A stretch of DNA of 64,000 nucleotides. Origin: Verrucomicrobiota bacterium (GTDB lineage: Bacteria; Verrucomicrobiota; Verrucomicrobiia; Opitutales; Cerasicoccaceae). The stretch lies in assembly GCA_039818205.1 (NCBI GenBank), contig JBCBUK010000016.1:37613-101612 (forward strand). Reading direction: 5' to 3'. The position numbers and the translations under genes are program-made. This document shows, in pieces, positions 27,836 through 36,933 of the stretch (position 1 is the first letter of the stretch; each line of letters begins with the position of its first letter). Under the pieces are notes generated by a model. That model ran no database searches. It saw nothing but the letters and a program-made list of their open reading frames with translations, and was not told where the DNA came from.

Positions 27836-30800
27836 CTAGAAGTTATCCAAGGTTTGGTTTGGGTGCGTTGGTGTTGGCCGCCCGGCCCGCTCAAGGGCTT
27901 CGATATAGAAGTTCCAGTATAGGTCCGCTCCGTAGACGCCGCTCAGGCTTCTCTGCGGCTCGTTCACCGATCGCAGTATGATCGTGGAGTTACCCGGCGG
28001 CAGTCCATCATCGGGTGGACCGCTCTCAGAACCCCCTCCCGGAGAGGAATCATTGCCCCCGTTGATCAGTGCCGTACGGAATCCCTTGGCCAGCAAACCG
28101 CCCGCACGGGCACCGGATTTTATCGCCAAGAACTTTGCTTCTTCCTTCGCTTCGACCTTGAGGATCTGCCCCCAGCCGTTGACCGCACGACGCTTGGCCG
28201 CATTCTTCGACGCACCGAAGAGCTTAGACTTCACAACGTTGACACCCTTCTTCCCAGCGGGACCAATTTTACCCAGAGAACCGCCAATGAGAGCATCAGT
28301 CGCCAATGATTTAACGGATAGCTCCTTGTTCGGATCAAAAATCCCCTGATACAGACTCTGTGCCAATCCCCCGGCTGCACCCGAGGTGAACAACAGTCCA
28401 GGATTAAAGGTTATGATCGCCCCGGTTACGGCCCCCCCGATCGCCGCCCCAGCGTAATCCGTGAACGGCCGATTAAACTCGCCGTCTTCCACGTAGTCGA
28501 CAATCGCGGTCGAGACGATACCCACAGCGGCACCAACAGTTGCCCCGATAAACGGCGCGAGGAATGCTAACTCTCCGCCTGGATCGATTCGTGAGATCGG
28601 ATTGTTATTGGCAAACGCATAGCGATTCATCGAGTCCGCACGGTAGATATCGCCACGGTGTGCATCAGCGCTGATGAAGCGACGCAGCTCCGGTGAATAC
28701 CAACGGAACCGCATGTTGACTAATCCCTGTGGAGCCGTGATCACTCCGAAAAGGCCGTTAAAAAGGAAGACCGTATCGGTATCACCAGTGCGGCTACCAA
28801 TCTCTCCAAACGGGCCGTAGGAGATGCGACCAACAGTCGATCCCAGATCATTGGATAGCGCAACCGTGCTTCCGCGAACGTCATAGTGCATCGTCCGGGT
28901 TTCCCCCTCCGTTTCCTGGTAGATTAAGCCAATTCCATATACGTAATTCGTCGTCGTACCGTCGGGGTTCTTTTTAACCAGCGTCTGCCCCTGCCCTCCG
29001 CCAGGATGAACAACAAACTCCGTTTCATCGCCCTCAAAGGTCCAGCCAACTAGGCGGTCAGCCGCGTCATATTCAAAGACATTTGACCCCTCACTTTCCA
29101 AATTGTTGAAGGTATCGTAATCCAAGGCACCCAGCGAAAGCGTCGCGGGCGGACTGGTCATTCGTCCATCAGTATCAACCGTGACAGGATCGCCGCCATA
29201 ATTCGTCAACCGATCAAGCCGATCATAGGTCATCGTGACGCTCGTTGGGACATAAGGCGTTTCTTGATGTAAAGGAAACTCTCCAGCAAGCTCGCCAGGG
29301 AACGTGTAGTTGTATTGATAGCCGACGATAAGGGTTCCGTTTGGCTCTCGATCATAGCGGTGATCAATACTTCCATTGCGGTTGTAAAATAGCTCGCGAT
29401 AAGTGCCATTGGGAAAATCAATCCGTGAAACGGTGCCAACTGAATTGTAAGTGTACCGTGTTGTTCGCCCATTCCAATCACGCACGGTTTCCAACTGTCC
29501 CGCATCGTTGTATGTGTAGGAAACTGTTTTGTTATCCGGGTAGACAATCAGTGCCAATCGGCCTGCCAAGTTGTATTGGAAGCGAACCCGGTTATTGTCA
29601 GCATCAGTGTAGGTTACTAATCGATCCAAGGCATCATACTCCTGGATGACCTCCGTCGAATCAATTTTGTCTCCAGTGCCACCCATTGCAAAGGCGGTCG
29701 AGATAATGTTCCCCTTGGCATCGTATTCGTAGTATTTTCCGTTTTCGGCGGAATCACTGGTCAATACGGTTTCCAAACGCCCCAGTTCATCATAGGAGAA
29801 CTGGAGAAAGCTGTCGCTCGGATAGATTTCCTTATCGAGCAAGCCATCGTCGTTGTACTCCCATTCAGTTACTGGGAACTCCTCTGCATTTACGGTGGCA
29901 CTTGTAACTCGTCCACTTGTGTCAAAAGCGAATCTCGTTTGAATATTCGCAGGATTAATAAGTCCCGAAACCCCATAGGTCGAGCGAATCAAACGTGAGC
30001 CACCCGGCCCGGAAAGCGGTGTATCGTCGCTGTCGACTGATTCGACGCCGGCAATTATCTTACCATTAACTGTCGCTTTTAAAGGCGTATATAGGCTCGT
30101 GTAGGAATACGAGGTAACGAAACCATTAGCGTCCCGCTCTCGGATCGGCACACCAACAATATTATATTCGGTACGAAGGATCAGTTTCTGATTGTTGTCG
30201 TAGCGCTCGATCTCGTTACCAGCCAAATCGTAGCGAATGTAAGTTCGGCGTCCTTCACGGTCGATATCCTCTACCACTCGACCGACTTCGTCATAGACCT
30301 GCCGCTTCTCGAATCCAGCTGGATCGATTGTCGCTGTTGGGCGATCTTCACCGTCATATTCTATCTTTGTCGTCAGCGATGTCGTCTCATCCAGATAAGC
30401 AATGCGCTCGATCATGTTACCATTGCCATCGTAGACGAATGAGACGCGGTTGCCATTCTTGTCGATCTCAGAAATTAAGCGGTCGCGATAATCGTAAGCG
30501 AAGAACTTCGTGTTCATCATCGCGTCACTCGAAGATGTAATTTTCCCAGTTTGGGAGTAGGTGCTCGCCGAGGTCTGTCCGTCGTCATCACGAACTTCTA
30601 CCACTTGACCGATGGCATCATAGACGGTGGTCGTTGTACCGCCGTCGGGCAGCGTTACGGTTCGTTCCTTACCGGTGGATCCATTCCACAGGATAAACGT
30701 GGTTTCGCTTAGGGTATCATCAACATCGTCGAACCGGAAATCCCGGGCGGAACTCAATTGGCTGTTTGAGTCGTATTCATTGGTGCGCTCGTTCCGACTC

Positions 30801-33800
30801 GGGTGGCGTAGACTGGTGGCGTTGTCATGCTCATCATAAGTAAGCACTGCCTTGCCGTTGTTGATATCGATCAGGTTGCTCTTTTCGTCATATTGGAACG
30901 TCGTTGAAATCCCACTTGGATCGGTCATCAGGGTGATGTTGCCAAAATCGTCATAGATAAAATTCCAGGTATTATCGAGTTCATCCGTCATGCTTACTCG
31001 ATCACCCAATTCATTTAACTCGAAGCTAACCGTGGCACCCAATGGGTTCATCAACGAAAGCAGATATCGATTGGCATCGTAGAGGAACGTGTAATCCTCA
31101 CCGACACGGTCGGTGTAGACCGTCGTAAATGTTCCGCCATTATCCTGATAGGCGAAACGGGCAATTTCATTGGTCGCGACCCCATCGTCCTGGGTCAAGG
31201 TCCGACCCAGGCTATCGTAGGTATTAGCATAGAGCTGCAGGCCAAATAGATCGCTTGCACGGGCAATCCGTCCTGCCACTGGGAAGTCTCCATCTTCATA
31301 TTCCAGATTGGTCGGATTCGTTGAGCCGGTGTATGACATACGCCAATCCAGAAGCGAGCTAGCACCGTTACCCGCTTGATCTTGAATGACCAACTGCCAG
31401 GTACCGGCTAAACTCTCACCGTCAAAGCCTTCAATTATCGTTCCGGCGAAATCGTATCCGGCCGGAGTGCGATCATGGATCACCTTGGAAAATCCTGAAG
31501 GAGCGATGACGGTTATCGTGACATCGCTCATATCGGCACCTGCGGTCAAAACCCCTTCTTCGACCCGCAGGTCACCAACGGCGCCTTCCAAGTTAACAAT
31601 CATTTCATGGATAAGCGGTGCGCCGCCATCGGGAATAACCTTGGGAGCACCAATAGGATCACCGATCAAAGCCTGACCAAACAAGAGTGGATCCGTGACT
31701 GAGACCAAACGACCACGGCTATCGTAGCTAAGGCGCACCTCCCGCAAACTATCGTCGGTAATTTTGCTGATAAATTCCTGGTCGTTGTACTCGAGGAGCA
31801 ACGATTTCTCCGCAATAGGCTCCTCCAAACGAATCAAACGACCACCGGAGTAATGTACCAGCAACCATTGAAATACTGGATTGCCCACTCGAATCAACCG
31901 GCCATCGGTATTGAACTCATAATAAATTCGGCCAGGTGTTCTTAACAACCAAGAGCCATCATCCTGCCGCACCAATAAGTGGTCGACCATCGAGGGTTCA
32001 TCCGATTCGTACGGTGTGCCCAGTCCGGCATAGTTAAAGGTGTTACGACGAGTACTATCCCAACGAACAAACATGGTGCCATTCGGGTCACCGGCTAGGC
32101 GAATTTCGTAGGCATGCGCCCAGCCGATGCCAATCTCCCCAATTGCGGATGTAAAAAGCGACCGGTAATTGATCGGGAAGTTGAGCCCACGAACGCCCTG
32201 AACATCGATCAATGACTGAAACGGAGCGAATTCGCCCGTTGCTGAGTCGACGCTATTGCCAATGTAACTATCCGGTCGGCGATGATTGAGCCGCGCGAGA
32301 AAATCGTATTCGCTTTCCAATGCGGTTTGAAACGAAAAGCGATTGCCCGCTAGCGAAATGTTCCCATCGGATCGTGCGTCGGTGGTGAACGTAATGCGGA
32401 CAGTCTCTCCAAGTGCAAGCGGGCTATCAGGGGTAAAAGTGATCTGGCTACCTGACACCGAAATCGATCCACTTACCGATCCACTAATGGAGCCTTCCAC
32501 CAACATGGAGCTCGCTGTGATTGTTGAAGCGTCGATATCATCGGCGAAAGTCAGCACGATTGGCTGGTCGACATCATTGTCGATGGATTTCGCCTCGGGG
32601 CTTGTTGCAAGCAGCGCTGACTCGTTGGTAACCGCGAACGTGACCTCATCAAAGTATGCCGTCGTATCTGGCTGGCGATTTGTCAGGACAACAATAATTG
32701 GTTTGCCCAAAAATGTGGCATGCTGACCGGCATTGTAGACGTAAGATAGGACATTGGGGACCCAGAGGCCCTCTTCGGGCTGAAAGGCACCCGCAGAATT
32801 ACGGTCGAGCGAAGCGAGCTGGGCGTCAGCGCTCGCCGGATCAAAGTCACCGTCCTCATCCACATCGATCCATAATTCCAGGCTCCAACCTTCTGAATCG
32901 ACTGCTGCGTCTCCACCAATGGCGGCGGACAGCTCGTAAACCGTGTCTTCCGCCAATACAACTTCAGGAAATCGATAGATGTAAGCTTCGTCCGCGGCGA
33001 TATACAAGACGTGCTCCCCGTGCGCTGGAGATGGTAACGGCGTTGTTTGAGAGAATCGGCTCGGACTACCGCTGGGACCGGGGCGCCAAACTATATTAGC
33101 CGGATCTCCAATGTAACGCCACGGTTGCGGAAGGAAATCGGTAATCCCGCCATCGCTAAGCCCGACTTCCCAGGATTCAACAAAGAGAGAATTATCCAAC
33201 CCTGAAAGTGGCTTTTGATACTCGTAGGCACCGAGGTCAACGAAGGTCCCGTTCAAGCGCCAAAAACCGAACCCATCAGAGGGAATCTCTTCTTGGAAGT
33301 TACCATCCATGTCCGTATCGGCGGCATCTATTCCGCGGTCACCATTACCACCTGCATCAATCGCAGGCGAGGTCGCGGAAAGTTCGTAGCTAGGCAGTTG
33401 AATCTCGGGGTCAACCGCTCCTGGTTCACCTTGGATGATGTTTTTGAATCCTTGAAAAAGAAACACGTCGTGTACCGGAGTCGAAGAACCGGTATTTGCC
33501 CACATGATCGAATTTCGAAGGGTCGCTTCGGAACTGATCTCGCCCCAGAAAGCGCTTCCGTTTGGCGATGAGTTGCCGTAAACTGTCCCGTTCGCCATCC
33601 GCAGGTTTCCGTTGATCATGTAGAGGGCGCCTCCGCGGAGGGTCGCGTGATTCTCTGCCATGAGCACGTTGACCATGCTAAAAAAGTTATTCGTCAGCGA
33701 TGCTCCCCCACCGGTCGCGGATTCATTGTTGCGAACTTGGGAATTTACCAAAGTGAGGCCGCCTCCCATCGAAATACCTCCGCCCTCTGCACTCGCGTAA

Positions 33801-35530
33801 TTGTCCTCAATGATGACATTACTGACCAATGGATCTGGACCGTTACCAAATGATCCGTAGATGCCCCCGCCCCGCGAAGTCGCCGCAGAACCGTCAGCAT
33901 ATCCGCCACGGATCTTGAACCCATCGATCCAGGCTTTGCCCAATGTGCTCCCAACGGTGACGACGTGGTAGGCATTGTCCAATCGATTGCCAAAACCCGG
34001 TGTATCGTCACCATTTAAGTCACCACTCAGGATGGTGTTGTTCGACAGAGGATTGTAGTCGCGGGATTCGAATCCGCGACGCCCCCCTCCCGGTGGGAAC
34101 CCACCAAAAATGCTTACATCGCTAGGGACCAAAAACGTGTCACTCCGAGACGTGCCTGGAGTGTAGGTTCCCTCGGCCACCCAGACCTGGTCCCCTTCGC
34201 GGGTCCTCGCCAGTGCAGTGCTCAGCTGCTGGTGCGCCGTTTGCCAACTCTGGCCATTGCCCAAATCGTTTGGACGGGAGGAATCGACATAAATGATGGG
34301 CTCATAAAACTCAAACGCTCCGACATCGATAAACTCGCCGTTGTGGCGCAGCCGGCCCGTAATGTCCAACGGAAGCGACTCGTCATCGTCAAAGTCGTTG
34401 TCGAGATCGGAAAAGTCGGTGCCAAAAAACAGGTAAGTGCTGGCATCAATAGCGTTCGATGTCTCATGAAGGCGCAGGTCACCATAAAAATTGTCTTCGA
34501 GCGTGAACCAATCTCCGTCGCCGGAATCGGCTTCGAACCGAAAGCCGGGGTCAACTCCCACAAAATTGCCTTGCGAATGCGACGTTAGTGGTGGGTCGAC
34601 GTTGGTATCCGATGGGGCAGTATTTTTCCAAACAATGGAGTGGATCAATCGCGTTTGTCCTCCGCCAAAATTACTGATGGCTCCGCCGTCAGCCGTCGCC
34701 TCGTTTGCGGTGAAGGTACAGTGATTCGTCCAATACTCCCCCGCTGAGGCTTCCTGTTCATTGTTTGACCCAAAAGCATAGGTCGCGCCTCCGGCATTGG
34801 AGGTATTGCCGACAAACACACATCCATACAGACGCACCCGCCCAGGAGCATCAAATAGGATTGCGCCGCCGCGGCTACCGGACTTGTTGGCATAAAAATA
34901 ACTATTGTTGATGCTCGTATTCGCATCGCTAACGTAGATAGCGCCGCCACCAAAGGAAGCTTGGTTGCCAATAAAGCGCATCGAGGCAAGAAGTGGCCTA
35001 CTAAAGTTGATAATCAACATTCCGCCACCTAGGTGCTGGTTATTACCTATGCCGTTGGCATTTCCGCCAGTAATGGTGAAGCCTTCCATCAGGCAGTCGT
35101 TGAACTGATCGGTGATAGAAACCACATGGTAACTATTGTCTGAATCGTCACCTTCGACGCCAATATCGCCCGACAAAATACATCCGTTCGACAAGGGATC
35201 GAAATTGCGCTCAGACCTCAGAGTCTCCCCGCCTTCGAAACCCGCATAGAGAGATGTGGAGTCCAAAACCGCGAACGTCGCAGTGCGATCGGTACCGCTC
35301 GTTGGTTTATAAACACCCCGAGCGACCCAGATCTCGCCGGTGCCCTGAAGAGCGTCTTGTAGATCGGTGAAGGCATCCTCCCAACTCGTCCCGTCATTGG
35401 CACCTGAGGCGTCCGCATCGACATAGGTAATCGCGTTGAGGGTTGAAAGGAAAAGAAACGATAGAAGTAGCGTCGTGAGGCAAACGCTTCGTTGCCGAGA
35501 CAAGTGATTACAGCCCATCCGACAATACAA
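27836..35530 (-). CDS. 2564-aa signal-peptide RHS/YD-repeat protein with Pmp-like beta-helix domains, an Ig-like domain, an inserted proprotein-convertase P-domain and a ~245-aa C-terminal extension
   Basis: Two 'YVD...GxSWxxA...GGA(I/L)' beta-helix modules; 'IVLTFADDIDASTI' Ig-like domain; GIGWAHAY; many YD repeats; RHS core RWYSPELRRFISAD...NRYAFANNNPISRIDPGG. The start may be the ATG at 35518. Confidence 0.9.
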   Translation of the reverse strand: MYCRMGCNHLSRQRSVCLTTLLLSFLFLSTLNAITYVDADASGANDGTSWEDAFTDLQDALQGTGEIWVARGVYKPTSGTDRTATFAVLDSTSLYAGFEGGETLRSERNFDPLSNGCILSGDIGVEGDDSDNSYHVVSITDQFNDCLMEGFTITGGNANGIGNNQHLGGGMLIINFSRPLLASMRFIGNQASFGGGAIYVSDANTSINNSYFYANKSGSRGGAILFDAPGRVRLYGCVFVGNTSNAGGATYAFGSNNEQEASAGEYWTNHCTFTANEATADGGAISNFGGGQTRLIHSIVWKNTAPSDTNVDPPLTSHSQGNFVGVDPGFRFEADSGDGDWFTLEDNFYGDLRLHETSNAIDASTYLFFGTDFSDLDNDFDDDESLPLDITGRLRHNGEFIDVGAFEFYEPIIYVDSSRPNDLGNGQSWQTAHQQLSTALARTREGDQVWVAEGTYTPGTSRSDTFLVPSDVSIFGGFPPGGGRRGFESRDYNPLSNNTILSGDLNGDDTPGFGNRLDNAYHVVTVGSTLGKAWIDGFKIRGGYADGSAATSRGGGIYGSFGNGPDPLVSNVIIEDNYASAEGGGISMGGGLTLVNSQVRNNESATGGGASLTNNFFSMVNVLMAENHATLRGGALYMINGNLRMANGTVYGNSSPNGSAFWGEISSEATLRNSIMWANTGSSTPVHDVFLFQGFKNIIQGEPGAVDPEIQLPSYELSATSPAIDAGGNGDRGIDAADTDMDGNFQEEIPSDGFGFWRLNGTFVDLGAYEYQKPLSGLDNSLFVESWEVGLSDGGITDFLPQPWRYIGDPANIVWRPGPSGSPSRFSQTTPLPSPAHGEHVLYIAADEAYIYRFPEVVLAEDTVYELSAAIGGDAAVDSEGWSLELWIDVDEDGDFDPASADAQLASLDRNSAGAFQPEEGLWVPNVLSYVYNAGQHATFLGKPIIVVLTNRQPDTTAYFDEVTFAVTNESALLATSPEAKSIDNDVDQPIVLTFADDIDASTITASSMLVEGSISGSVSGSISVSGSQITFTPDSPLALGETVRITFTTDARSDGNISLAGNRFSFQTALESEYDFLARLNHRRPDSYIGNSVDSATGEFAPFQSLIDVQGVRGLNFPINYRSLFTSAIGEIGIGWAHAYEIRLAGDPNGTMFVRWDSTRRNTFNYAGLGTPYESDEPSMVDHLLVRQDDGSWLLRTPGRIYYEFNTDGRLIRVGNPVFQWLLVHYSGGRLIRLEEPIAEKSLLLEYNDQEFISKITDDSLREVRLSYDSRGRLVSVTDPLLFGQALIGDPIGAPKVIPDGGAPLIHEMIVNLEGAVGDLRVEEGVLTAGADMSDVTITVIAPSGFSKVIHDRTPAGYDFAGTIIEGFDGESLAGTWQLVIQDQAGNGASSLLDWRMSYTGSTNPTNLEYEDGDFPVAGRIARASDLFGLQLYANTYDSLGRTLTQDDGVATNEIARFAYQDNGGTFTTVYTDRVGEDYTFLYDANRYLLSLMNPLGATVSFELNELGDRVSMTDELDNTWNFIYDDFGNITLMTDPSGISTTFQYDEKSNLIDINNGKAVLTYDEHDNATSLRHPSRNERTNEYDSNSQLSSARDFRFDDVDDTLSETTFILWNGSTGKERTVTLPDGGTTTTVYDAIGQVVEVRDDDGQTSASTYSQTGKITSSSDAMMNTKFFAYDYRDRLISEIDKNGNRVSFVYDGNGNMIERIAYLDETTSLTTKIEYDGEDRPTATIDPAGFEKRQVYDEVGRVVEDIDREGRRTYIRYDLAGNEIERYDNNQKLILRTEYNIVGVPIRERDANGFVTSYSYTSLYTPLKATVNGKIIAGVESVDSDDTPLSGPGGSRLIRSTYGVSGLINPANIQTRFAFDTSGRVTSATVNAEEFPVTEWEYNDDGLLDKEIYPSDSFLQFSYDELGRLETVLTSDSAENGKYYEYDAKGNIISTAFAMGGTGDKIDSTEVIQEYDALDRLVTYTDADNNRVRFQYNLAGRLALIVYPDNKTVSYTYNDAGQLETVRDWNGRTTRYTYNSVGTVSRIDFPNGTYRELFYNRNGSIDHRYDREPNGTLIVGYQYNYTFPGELAGEFPLHQETPYVPTSVTMTYDRLDRLTNYGGDPVTVDTDGRMTSPPATLSLGALDYDTFNNLESEGSNVFEYDAADRLVGWTFEGDETEFVVHPGGGQGQTLVKKNPDGTTTNYVYGIGLIYQETEGETRTMHYDVRGSTVALSNDLGSTVGRISYGPFGEIGSRTGDTDTVFLFNGLFGVITAPQGLVNMRFRWYSPELRRFISADAHRGDIYRADSMNRYAFANNNPISRIDPGGELAFLAPFIGATVGAAVGIVSTAIVDYVEDGEFNRPFTDYAGAAIGGAVTGAIITFNPGLLFTSGAAGGLAQSLYQGIFDPNKELSVKSLATDALIGGSLGKIGPAGKKGVNVVKSKLFGASKNAAKRRAVNGWGQILKVEAKEEAKFLAIKSGARAGGLLAKGFRTALINGGNDSSPGGGSESGPPDDGLPPGNSTIILRSVNEPQRSLSGVYGADLYWNFYIEALERAGRPTPTHPNQTLDNF

Positions 35531-35774
35531 ACACTGCTTCGCTTCTGATTCAACATCTAACAGTAATTCGCCCTAGAGCAACCATCCTATATTGCCTAGG
35601 GCAAAACAGACCAAAAATTCTCGCAAGTCACTAATCATCAGCAATTTAAATTCCATTAGAATATTCATTAGCATACTGATTGTCGCCAAGGAACGGCTTC
35701 TGCAGTCGTGTCTATTCCAGTTCAGAAGAAGCCCGATCCGAAGAGCAACCTTAAGATCTAATTAAGTTCTTAGT

Positions 35775-36929
35775 TCAACCGACCAACTGCGTGTTCTTGC
35801 AAAATGAATCTGCGGCTGCAATCACCTGCTCGGTTTCTCGATCAAAGAGCATGGCACTCGCTTGCTGAAATCGAAGGTGCACGGTTTGGCCGATGCGGAA
35901 TGTATGCTGAGCAGCGACTCTGGCAATGAATGTATGCTCGGCTTGAGTATTCAAATAGAGATAGGTTTCTGATCCCATTGGCTCGGAAACCTCGATCTCA
36001 GCTGGGATGCTTTCCGAATCCTCACTATGGGTGACCTCAATGTGCTCTGGGCGAATACCAAAAACGGTTGATTGAGAACCCTGCAGCAACACAGCTGATT
36101 TCATCCGATTCGCCAACTTCAGCTCAAAGCCGCGTTCGCCATCTTCCTGGAAGTAGGGCATGCCATTGATGATCGTGCCCCTTCCCGGGAAAAAATTCAT
36201 CGGTGGGGAACCGATGAAGCCCGCAACAAACATGTTCTGGGGATGATTATATAGTTCAAGCGGTTCATCGACCTGCATGATATTGCCATCCTTCATCACG
36301 CATATGCGATCCCCCATCGTCATAGCCTCCACCTGATCATGGGTAATGTAGATCATCGTTGCATTGAGGCGCGTATGCAAACGGGCAATTTCTGTCCGCA
36401 TCTGCACGCGCATTTTGGCATCTAGATTGGACAGCGGCTCGTCGAACAAAAAAACGTCTGGCTTGCGCACAATTGCGCGGCCAACGGCGACACGTTGCCG
36501 TTGGCCACCCGATAACGCTTTGGGTTTCCGCTTGAGCATGGAAGTCAATCCGAGGATTTCAGCGACCTCGTTGACCCGGTGTTTGATCTCATCTCGCGGC
36601 ATCTTTGCCAGTTTCAAGGCGAAAGCCATATTATCAAAAACGCTCATGTGTGGGTAGAGCGCGTAGTTTTGAAAAACCATGGCAACACCTCGATTCTTCG
36701 GCTCAATTTCATTCATTGCCTGGCCACCAATCTGTAGCGACCCATTGGTAATGTCTTCCAAGCCCGCGATCATACGTAAGGTCGTTGATTTCCCGCAGCC
36801 GGAGGGACCCACCAGGACCATGAACTCGCGGTCCTGGATTTGGAGGTCGATGCCCTTGACGGCGTGAAATTCGTCCTTCTTACCGGCGTTATAGATTTTG
36901 TGAATGTTGCTGAGCGTTACGTTTGCCAT
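35775..36929 (-). CDS. MalK/MsmX-type sugar ABC transporter ATP-binding protein
   Basis: GPSGCGKST, LSGGQRQR, FLFDEPLSNLD and FIGSPPMN motifs plus a TOBE tail. The ATG at 36929 is preferred. Confidence 0.95.
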   Translation of the reverse strand: MANVTLSNIHKIYNAGKKDEFHAVKGIDLQIQDREFMVLVGPSGCGKSTTLRMIAGLEDITNGSLQIGGQAMNEIEPKNRGVAMVFQNYALYPHMSVFDNMAFALKLAKMPRDEIKHRVNEVAEILGLTSMLKRKPKALSGGQRQRVAVGRAIVRKPDVFLFDEPLSNLDAKMRVQMRTEIARLHTRLNATMIYITHDQVEAMTMGDRICVMKDGNIMQVDEPLELYNHPQNMFVAGFIGSPPMNFFPGRGTIINGMPYFQEDGERGFELKLANRMKSAVLLQGSQSTVFGIRPEHIEVTHSEDSESIPAEIEVSEPMGSETYLYLNTQAEHTFIARVAAQHTFRIGQTVHLRFQQASAMLFDRETEQVIAAADSFCKNTQLVG

Positions 36930-36933
36930 AGGT

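Noticed and set aside
27836..35530. RHS protein as a type VI secretion effector
   Set aside because: It has an N-terminal signal peptide, and there is no PAAR/VgrG domain or T6SS gene nearby.
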